Assembly (NCBI RefSeq): GCF_026571515.1
Contig: NW_026865326.1
Coordinates: 248,001 to 312,000 of the forward strand
Reading direction: 5' to 3'
DNA: 64,000 nt
From: Ruditapes philippinarum
Lineage: Eukaryota
Positions 53,573 through 64,000 of this stretch are shown here, piece after piece. The notes under the pieces were generated by a model. It saw only the letters and a program-made list of their open reading frames with translations, was not told where the DNA came from and did not search any database. A program made the translations under genes and the position numbers. The first letter of the stretch is position 1. Each line of letters starts with the position of its first letter.

Positions 53573-54774
53573 ATTTAGTTTTTAACAACACAGAATTGTC
53601 TTTTCAATAGATCATAAAAACGGAAGGTCACTTTAAAATCTCTATACTGATTATGACTCTCGAACTTTTATTGTGTATATAAGATGCCATAATTTCTACA
53701 TACCTTATTAAACCCAGTAATGATTGATATGTACAGGTTTAGTGTTCATTTGAAATTAGATTACAAAATTAAATTGGTCAGTTTAATTTGGTAAATACTA
53801 ACTAATGAACACTGACCGATTTAGTGTTTGAAATCATTTCTATGAACAGTCGATCTACAAGACTGATTAATAGTTTTAGCTAAGAAAAATTGTTACGATA
53901 CATTTGAAACGTTAATCGTACTTGACAAAGAAAAATAAAAAAGCTAAGTCTCTTTGAATCACTATGATTGTTTTTGTGAGTATTATATATCCTGTTAAAG
54001 AAGAAAAAATATATATCAAACAGTTACCTTGTTGTAGTTATCAAACTTCCCACGCGTTTAAATCAGTACGATTTTACTACTGGCTTACTTTAGATATAGA
54101 TCGATACGAGCGAATTGGAAACGCGTCATAAATGGTCTATTTATAGTACTAAATGTAATACAACAATCCATATATAACTTTACCCTACGAGACTTAACCC
54201 ATCTCAGATATTGAAACATTCTTACCGAAAGACAGAAATAAGAATAGATGCATTTTTTCTTATCTTTTTCTATCTCTAATTAAAAGATTCTAAAATGCAA
54301 ATTGAAGGAAAGAAATACATGAAAGAATATGCAAGAATTGGCATTTCTTAATCAAAGATTTAAAGATTTAGTTTTTTAACCGCAGATAAAACACTTGATC
54401 TGCAAGTATGTTATATGTTGTCCCGGAGAAATTTTGAATATCGAGTTTCAGTTGAAAACGTTAATGGTACTACATGAGACTTAATTCGTCCGGATTTTTA
54501 AACTTTATTGGTTTACAAGCAGATTTAGCTTTACTAAGATATAAATTATACAAAGACAGTGTTAGTATTTTAAATAAGTAGGCATACAACCTGCATTATA
54601 AATTATGTTGTTATTTTTTTTTAGTTTTTTTAGTTTTTAATTCTTACATGTATTTCTCAAACTAGACATTTTTACAACTATTGCATTTTTGCCCACGACC
54701 CATTCATAAAAATAATAAGATAAGATAAGATAAGATAATATAAGTAAATTTTATTATAGTGACATTGTGTTATG

Positions 54775-57700
54775 TACATACATAATAACGATACCTTTTT
54801 ATTTTTACAACACCCGGCCACGTTGGGCCTACAAGTTACTTAATTTTTTAATCATTTTCAAAAATATATAATTTATAACATAATTTAGATATTAACTAAT
54901 TATATACATGCACGAACAAATAGTGATTTAAATGTTCTTGGACATAAAAACATCTGCATTATAAGAGAAATAGGACGTATACAAGTTTACTTTTTTCCAA
55001 TTACTTTCGGTATCAAATCACATATATGATACATATACAGTTGTCATTCATGTACATATCATTAGTGCAAATACATTTACAACATTAATTAATTAATTAA
55101 TTTCTGTACAGAGACATCCTTCTTCTGTTCATAGCTTCAACTAAAAATTTAGCAACATGCACATAATGATAATTGACAGCATATACTAACTTATTTACTT
55201 CAGACATATGTTCAAAATCAGGATTTCTATCTTTACATTTTGATAAAAGGTTCTATCGTAAGTCATTATATTTAATGCAGTTTAAAAGAAAATGAGTCTC
55301 ATCTTCTACAACATTAACTGGACAAAAGTGACAAAATCTTTCGTTTACATTTAAACCGACATATCTTCCCGTTTCTATCTTTAATGGAAGTATACCACAT
55401 CGGAATTGGGCTAAATGAGACCGTTCAATCTTAGTTAATGACGAAAGCAAATACTTTTCAGTATTATAATGTTGTTTAAATTCAATTATATGTTCTAAGT
55501 TTGGCAACATTTCTAACATTATTACACCAATCCGTTTTATATTTAACAAACAATGCATCTTCAACATCTTTTAGGTTTACAGGTAACTTGTTTTCATAGT
55601 AATGTGACATTTGAATCTGTTGCAATATAGTTTTTACATCATAGCACCATGTTTGAGTAAAATCTAAGTGCTCATGTAAATTAACACCCAAATATTTATA
55701 CATATCCGTAAACAATACAAAACAATCGCCTATTCTAAATTGAAAATTACTTCTATTTTTACCCTTATTTCTGAAATGCACAACCTTTGACTTTTCATTA
55801 TTAATAATACGTCGCCATTTCCGACACCATTCATGAACATAATCTAACATGTCTTGCATATCTTGTTCATTTCTCAGACAACAATAAAATGTCATCAGCA
55901 TAAAACAAACAACAAAAGTATATCATTATTAAACTGTACACCCTTGTTAAGAGTCTTTAAACCTTCAGCTAGATCGTTTATGAAGTAGGCAAAGATTGTT
56001 GGCGATCCGCTGTCTCCTTGCTTTACGCCAGACAGAGTCGGGAACCAGTCAGTTAACATACCCTTTAACTTAACACAAGACGATGTATCCGTCAAAATGG
56101 CCTTTATTGAGTTATAAAATTTTCCATTTATACTATTAGACAAAAGTTTATACAAAAGAACATCCCTATTGACAAAGTCAAATGCCTTTTTTATATCAAT
56201 AAAAGTTCCAAATGTATCAAGATTACTTAAAAGTCTATTTCTAATAATAGTACATGAGGTATAAACATGGTCCTCACACGACCGTTTCGAACGAAATCCG
56301 TTCTGCTCATCAACAAGTAACTCTTGATCTTCTAAATGTTTCTTTAGTCTATTATTTAACACAGCTGAATATAATTTGCTAACCACCGAGAGTAAACTTA
56401 TTCCTCTGTAATTCAAGGGTATACGTTTATCTTAAGTAATATCTTTTGTTATAGGGGCAATCATTGCTTTTCGCCATATACTTGGTATAATACCCGTATC
56501 AAAACACAAGCAAAAAAGTGAATGGAGTACATCTATTATGATTGGAAATTTTAACACTTCGCATGGAATTTTATCAAATCCCGTGCTTTTACAATTTTTG
56601 GCGGCTTTTACAACAATTTCAATTTCATAACGATTCAATGGCAAATAAAGAGCAGGATTATCTTCGAATAAGGGGTCGAGCATCTGATTTTCCATAAAAC
56701 GTTTTTCTCTGAGAATTTCCTCATAAAACTGGTTATCAAAATGATCACAATTTTTATTTACATTATATAGATCTTTAAAATCCCCAGACCATTTTTTAAA
56801 CACAAATTCACTATCGTGAATGATATCTCCGTTATCATCATACACTTCAAGAGGTGTCGAAGGTTTCCGTTTCGGACCAAGATTTTTAATATGATCCCAG
56901 AATGCTCTAGGGTCATTTGTGCAAGTACTCTCAATGTCGATCGAAAGATTTCGCTTGTAGGCTCGTTCAGCGCGTCGTAACTGTTTATCGAACAGACGTC
57001 TTGTCTCTGTGAATTCACTTTGCAATCGTAGTCACGTCCGTCTATCACCATGGAAACGCATGAAATTCCGCTCTGAGATGCATACGGCCTGCCACAGTTG
57101 CTCAATATCGTCGTCCCAGTAAGGCTTAAACGATTTGTAGCGTTTACGGGTTTTCTTTGAACAGTCAAATGACGGTATATGTTCATTCATTTCTTTTACT
57201 AAAGTATTACAAAATTGATCATAAATCAAATCAATATTGTGTTGATTTTCCCTACATAATTCAATATTACGTATCAAATTGCGAAATGCTGTTTTGGCCA
57301 AATTTGAAGACAAAAGTCATCTGGAATTCGTTTTAACTTGTATATCCGTGTATTAAATGGTGGTCGTGACTGCTGATTCGCGGGATTGTTAGTCTCGTCT
57401 GTTATAGCGGTACTATAATTATTTGTAAATCGTAAAATGTAGTGATCCGGTAATTTACTACGCTCTCCGATTAGACTCTTAAGATTATGCTTATCAAGAA
57501 TCGATGCAGGGGAAATAACTTCAAAATTATAACAAGCATTAAAGCAGTCATGTGGAACACAAACGTAGTCAACAACAGATTTTCCGCGAACTGAACCTGA
57601 CGTAAAAGTGTTTCTATCTTCATTAAACGGCCTTTTAAAACACACATCTTTGAGGCAATCAGAAAATCTACAAACGTCTGTCCATGCTGATTAACACTCT

Positions 57701-59160
57701 TGTCAATACACTTTCTCAATGGTATACCGTCAATGTCCGACATTATGTCCTGAAGTTCGCCGATCCTTGAATTATTATCCCCAATAACGAAAATAGCTTC
57801 ACAATCAGATAAAAGATAAATTTGTCCCAGCAAATGAGCGTAAAAGTCTGTTCAGTCCCCATGGTGAGTTTTCCGGTGGTAAGTATACGGAGTAGACGAT
57901 AATTTTATAATTTGTAGATTTTGCTGTGAACGAGAGTCCCAATATTCCATCATATGATTTGTCAATAACATCAACACGAAAATCATCAAACAAACAGTTT
58001 TTCACGAAAATTCCGACACCCCCTGAGCCTTTGGGTGCATTAACATGAGTTAACATTCTGTTATGTGAATAAAATCGGTAGCCTTCAAGAGCAATAGTTT
58101 GTGTGGCTTTTAAATGAGTTTCATTTACACAAATTATGTCAGATTTCATATGCAATAAGATTTGTGATCGAAGTTAATGATTTGATTCAGTCCAACCAGC
58201 AACATTTAAATGAGATACAGATATGGAATGTTCGATAAGCCGGGCGTTGGCTTATACCGGTGTAGCGGGTCCTCTTGATATGGGAACGCCATCGGCAGAA
58301 GCAGGCGTTTTCTTAACGATGCGTCCATTTCCAGTTACTCGGAATTGATTACCATTTGGTAATTCCGACAGTAAAGTTTTTGCATTCAGCTCAAGTATAC
58401 GTTCGGTGTGAGTTTTACTTCCGTATACATACACACGCTTATATTCCGGCTTCGACAATAATCTCTTCTTTGAACGGAGTACCTCGATCTTTTGCTTGAG
58501 ATTGTCAAAAGCAGTTTTCAATAACGGGGGTTTACCGGTATTCCTGTCTGAGCATCGACTCGCATCGGTAATTTTCACTTTGCTTGATATATCACTACCG
58601 AGAGCAGAGATCAAATCTTTTGTGCGTCGTCTAACGGTTGTTTTCCTGGGCGCAACGGTAAATTAGTAGCAATTACCATGAGCTCACAGTTATTGACCGT
58701 TTTATCTTGCTTCAAGCCAGAAATAGATTTCAGTGAATTCAGCAAAGTCAGCAAATCTTTTGTCCCAACAGGCAAATTGTAGGTCAAAATCAACTTTCAC
58801 TGCTTTTATTTTATCATCAATTGTTGCTAATACGTCCTTCCTCAATTTATCAATTTTGCTATCAAATGTCTTCTGGAGACTCTCTTGCCCCTTTTTTAAA
58901 ACAGCAAGTACTTCCATGATTTTATCAAAACGTTCATTTCACTGCAATCTTCACTATCAGCCATTTTTGATTGTTTGTATAGGGGACTTATCCCACCCGG
59001 AGATTCTCTTGCTCTTTTTTTCTCTAAATTTGAACGAGTTTCACTCATTATATTTCATATAAAAATAATATGTCAGTTGGTTTGTTTACTAAATGGCCCG
59101 ACTAGCCCTTCACAGTTTTCTTTATGACACATTTTCTAGAAGAAATCGGCCATGAAATGT
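54775..59160 (-). mobile_element. Decayed, near full-length non-LTR retrotransposon (LINE, CR1/L2 group)
   Basis: ORF1 remnants (about 59048-58252); APE endonuclease (DIICVNETHL, GGVGIFVK, VYLPP, IGDNNSRIG, VDYV, PDH); RT (NYRGISLLS, EQNGFR, DIKKAFD, GVKQGD, YADD near 55890 in a shifted frame, YKYLGV); C-terminal LKIETGRY…CHFC…EDETHFLLNC; many frameshifts; AATAAA near 54800. End coordinates approximate. Confidence 0.92.
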
Positions 59161-60105
59161 TAAAATGATCACAAGCAATTATCATTTCAACACGATTGAA
59201 CTGTATATATTATTTCAGCTAACTAGGTGTTAGGACAATTCGTTACAAAGTTTATGTTGACAATGTAAGGACGAAATACACACACATTAATACGTCACCG
59301 TTAACAACTTTTGATCTTGAATTGCTAAAAAGACGAATTCATCAACATAAATAACATAAACATATTCATCCAGGCAAAAAAATGAGATTGTTTCATTGAG
59401 AATAAAGACATATTGATATATATTCAACAAACAACATACATTTCTCCTTTTAAATACTATACGTATATATTTATAAGATTTTATTTATAAATATTCCTTA
59501 GACAAAACAATGAATTGAATATTTTCATGCTTAAAGTGGGTTGATCTGGAATGGGCATATTTTCATTTGTATTTCAAATTATTGACAAAAGATAATAGAA
59601 GTGTATCATTTAAATACTCTTATAAATTTAAACATTTGTTAAAAACAACAATGGCAATGTTGTTCCTAGTGATTTAGTATGTTTTTATATGTAGGATAGT
59701 AATAATGTGTTGCAGAACAATTCTATTATAAACTACATTGTATATTTATATATTTGTAATGTCGGATCATTAATTTCACACTTAATAAAATATCCATATA
59801 TATCTTTCTTTCATGGCTTGTTGTCACCAAAGATACTTAATATATTTTAGATATATATTTATGACATTGCAGACATTCCGATATGGACACATTCGCTTTA
59901 AGCTTTATAATGATAAAATATTTCTGTTTGCAATAATGTAACATCAAAGGTATAAGCGAGGCAGAAATTCATTAGCTTTGGACATATTAAATGTACTGTG
60001 AAAGAGGTACCTAATTGTCAGAAGACAAATCATACGCTTTAGTATAGTTCATAAACGAACATATTAACAATTGACAGAATCATAAATGGTTAAACTAATA
60101 TTGCA

Positions 60106-60488
60106 TTGTATCATAGTTTGGGGACCTTCCTGTTGAAAATGTGTCAGAGTTAAATCATATACATATACATGCACAGTGCGTTAACTTGAGTGCAGGTATT
60201 AGGTACCCGCGCTCTAGAGCATGCCCATTCATTGGTTCATTTTGTCTGGGGTTTACATATTGTGACGACAGAGAAAGGGATAGCGATAGAAATATTATAG
60301 TCAGATGCTCGTTCATTGGTTACTTTGTCCTGGGGTTTTATATTGTGACATCAGGAAACGTGTTTTATTTTTGTCTATGATACAAAAGAGGAAGAACATC
60401 AAAACACTCGGCAATCCTGATTTATACTCGGGGGCTACGCCCCCTCGTACAAATCAGATAGCCTCGTGTTTCGATGCTCTTTCTATTA
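60106..60488 (-). mobile_element. Second copy of the 390-bp dispersed element
   Basis: See 36345-36732; both give the near-identical spurious ORF MSELNxIHIHAQCVN. Confidence 0.75.
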
Positions 60489-61052
60489 CATAACTAATGA
60501 GGGGCTGCTATTTTATATGTTTAACTGATAACCACACTAGCGTCACTTTTACACACTCTTCATGGTCAAATCATTTACTGAAAAAATGAACGAATTTAGA
60601 AAAGCTTTACTTTTGTGTCTAAACGGAACGTTTAAAAGGTGTTTTGAGGATGATATTTATAAAAGCGGTTAATATTGTAAAACACTGACAAAAACTTAAG
60701 ACATGATATCGTGATAGTTTTAATGTAGTAAACCACCATTAACAGGATATGATGAGAAATAAAATGAAATATTTCCTCATTGGCCTTTTCAGTTAAAACA
60801 ACAGTTTCTCATTTTCTGAATCAAATAAACTTTTAATTAAAAATAAAAAGAATTAATCATGTTTACATATGTAAGCCCGACAATAACATGTTTTAGTAAG
60901 GTCTTATTTCAATTCTGAGAATATATATTTAAAAATAATAAATTAAGTGTAAAACTATACAAAAACAAGCACAACAATATCGACACCACGAGAAAAGAAC
61001 ACTAGCAGTAATGACCACATTGTACATCGCACTGTTAAGAAACAACACGTCA

Positions 61053-62239
61053 CTATTGGCCATTTCCTCCACGCCTTGTTTCACGCTCATCACCTGTTTC
61101 AATAGTCATTTTATGGTTATTAACGGGTACACCACATCCGCAAATGAATGAGCTAGAAAATCCAGTACAGCTAGTACATCCAGCTGAAAGAGATGGATCA
61201 ACTTATAACACTTGACAAATGATAACATTTTAGCCATTGGGATATAAATCATTTTATCGTAATTTCTATTATTTTATTTTATTTAAATTATCCAATAAAA
61301 GTATAAGTTATATATACAGTATATACATAAAGTGATCGATAAACATCCATCTGTTATGGAAGTTCCTGTAATTCTCAGACATTTTCTTTGCAATTGCATT
61401 GTTATTATAAAATTAAAGTTCCTACAGAAAGGGCTAAGCCGATTGGAATATACATTTGAGTTATACACATATATAATATGCACTGTATATAGACTTACCA
61501 ACCGAAAGTGATAAGCCTTTGTCACCAGTATAGCGCCACGCCAGTCTTAACTTCATTGAAGTATGCAACGGTTAGCTTTAATTTATACTGAAATGCCGTT
61601 AACCTTTTCAACAACACGTAAAAATATTCATTACCTCTTTTACAAATATATTTTCCGAATTCTGAATGTTCGTCGGGAGTGTGTTTACAATGACAGCGTA
61701 TTGGCGAGCAGCAGTTGAGAGGAGGTACGAAGTGAAAGCTGGCACATTTACAACCAGAGACCCGGCATGGTAACTTTATTGGGCGTTCTTTAGGGACCTC
61801 CTCAAAATTAACCTTGTGGTTCTTGTAACTACATATAATATAGATACAATTGATGAAACGACGGAAAGTTAGTATATATAACGTAAAATATGTTGTAGCG
61901 TAAACTTCCCTTTCGTGACAATTAAAGCAATAAAATGTTATTTTGAAAATGAAAGAATGCATATTCAGTCTCGAATCATTTCTTCGGCAAGTCTAAAAAG
62001 CATAATTAGAGGTAATGATTTAAACTACGAAAGACATATCTGAACTCAATAGAAATGTTAAAAATAATGAGTAGATAAAAAAACCAGATTGTTTCAGAAT
62101 TCAAAAATACAGATCCGAAGTATTATTACCCATGTTGACAGAAACACAATGTTTCTGGTTCCATTGTTCTACAATCTCTGCCAGTAGTGCTGGTATAACT
62201 GGTGTATATACCATTACTTTTATATAGTTGACTCGTCAT
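61053..62239 (-). CDS. Truncated FAM221A-like Cys/His-rich protein, paralogue B (144 aa)
   Basis: Exons 62239-62130, 61828-61635, 61183-61053; open throughout: MTSQLYKSNGIYTSYTSTTGRDCRTMEPETLCFCQH…PKERPIKLPC…NCCSPIRCHCKH…ETGDERETRRGGNGQ*. Confidence 0.85.
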
Positions 62240-63459
62240 CGTTTAATCTTAAATCTCAATACAGTAGACCTTTATTTAAACATAATACTTAATAAACATA
62301 TACATGTACACAGATATACACAGAAAGTAAATACATTTTAATACAATTAAGATTTCTAATGGCAAAGTCAGTAAATATTACCTAACAATTTTTATTCTTT
62401 GCGAATTATCATTCTAGATATCAGATAAATTCATCAGATAGTATCTTCACATTAATAAAGAAACAACAATTGCGCGATTTTTAAATGCAGTTTTAAGTAT
62501 TGTATCAATGCAAAAAAAAATTAGTAAGTTAATAGTCTTATTTAACAGGTAATACACATTTTTATGATATGTTTTCATAGGCAATATATTTAATATAATA
62601 AAATAGATCACTTATAAATTTATAATCATTATTTTGAAAGCTCAAAAACTCACCGATAAATGTTATCAAAATATTTCTTTAAGTAATATATCATGGGAAA
62701 TAATGTTTATAATACTAGTAATCTATTTTGCTTTATAAAGTATAATACGCAACGTTTAACTATTGTACTATCCAATAAATAGCGTACGGAATTATTTAAC
62801 CTTTCGATTTAAATTATTATAATGTCAAGTTAAAAGTTTCAATCTATATATAGGGTATTTATTATGACTTTTTCAAAGGTAGTATTATACGTATTAAAAA
62901 TAGGCTATACACAGGAAAATAAACTTTACTGCCAATTAGTGTATTCTATATATGTATTTACAAGTCCAAAATTATAGTTTATAGAAATTTCATTAATCTT
63001 TGCATTCATAAAAATAATTTGTATTAAAATTGAATTATTTATTATACTTATGCTATGCTATTAAAAAAAAAATTAAAGGGACGCTTATTTCAATGTCTAA
63101 TTGGCATTTCATTTTGAACATTTGTAATGAATTACCAAAATGCAATTTCATACTTATTTACACATATTAAAACACACCTTTCCACACAAATGTAATATAG
63201 AGGAGTTTATTTACGTTATGTGATGTGTTGCATAACCACATGTCTTATCATAATTTACTACAAGTGTACTCATCTTTTACTAAGCACCATATGTTTGAGT
63301 GTAATATTTTTGGGGATAATTTTATAAACGCCGTGCGAAAGGTTTTAAATGTTGATTTTCTGTTTAACAATTCAGCTGAAGGACGAATTTAACCGTATAA
63401 ATGAGTTTTAAAGTGATTTTGTGCAAGGGAAGAGGATGACCCCCTCTTTAAAGATTTCA

Positions 63460-63714
63460 GAACTTACAGCGTGCTATCAACAACATGTACGACATGCCTG
63501 AACGACCAAAAACAGATCATTTGCCGACCTCCAGCCGACTCCTGGCGGGTGTACCATGTAGCCGGTATCTCTCCCAGGCTCTGGTGATGACGGTGTATTG
63601 TACACCAAGCGTTGAACCAACCTGGCCCCCTGCTGCACCATCCCTACAGCCCATCATAACTCTGCTTCTTATGTTAGCATTCGCCATATCGAGTAAAACA
63701 AAAGACTCCATCAA
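63460..63714 (-). mobile_element. Tc1-like transposase N-terminal HTH remnant
   Basis: GQVGSTLGVQYTVITRAWERYRLHG followed, after a frameshift, by DLFLVVQACR; resembles Tc1 VAxxLGVSxSVISRLWxRYxxTG…DRYLxxxARR. Confidence 0.55.
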
Positions 63715-64000
63715 AACATGAAAATATTAGGGTGCATGCGTTCCATGTTACCTAAACGAGTTGTAACGGGTTAGTCAACACGGATTCATGTCAGGGGACT
63801 ATCTGAAAACATTGCTGAATCAGAATTTTCAAAAATTGGAGAGAAATATGTTTTATACTTGTGATGATAAAAAATCAACTTATGGTGCTTAGTAGTTGAG
63901 TAGTATTTAACGTAATCCTTATTAGTTCCACTAAAAGATTAATATACATATAACCAATTAACATTTTGATTATAATTTATCTTCACATAACGCAACTTTA

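Noticed and set aside
51370-62239. Mini-FAM221A copies as pseudogenes or as FAM221B
   Set aside because: Frames and splice sites are intact despite synonymous divergence, and the peptides closely follow the neighbouring FAM221A (PKERPIKLPC, CHCKH, EFGK, ETGxER).

Overview
AT-rich animal genomic DNA with spliceosomal GT-AG introns; the repeat content (HINE/pearl-like elements, tRNA-SINEs) suggests a bivalve mollusc, which is an inference. From left to right: (1) Two tandem, intact 8-exon clan-2 cytochrome P450 genes (1366-7166 and 12596-21292, +; 503 aa each, about 21 aa differences). Each is followed by a 3-3.6 kb array of a 43-bp satellite that has homogenised separately in the two copies. 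(2) A (CCTTA)n tract. (3) A complete FAM221A orthologue (29133-41155, +) with a candidate 12-nt microexon. (4) An intronless 330-aa gene (44729-45721, -) encoding signal peptide + 2 EGF + integrin-beta-tail-like domain + His-rich stalk + GPI-like tail. (5) Two intact 3-exon 'mini-FAM221A' paralogues on the minus strand (51370-52986 and 61053-62239) that keep only the Cys/His-rich core, have gained a Cys-Cys pair, and are separated by a decayed near-full-length LINE. Introns and intergenic DNA carry SINEs, HINE-type elements with internal tandem repeats (one carries six perfect AGGTCAnnnTGACCT palindromes), nested MITEs and a Tc1 remnant. Exon coordinates were derived by hand from splice sites and reading-frame continuity; no database searches were run.
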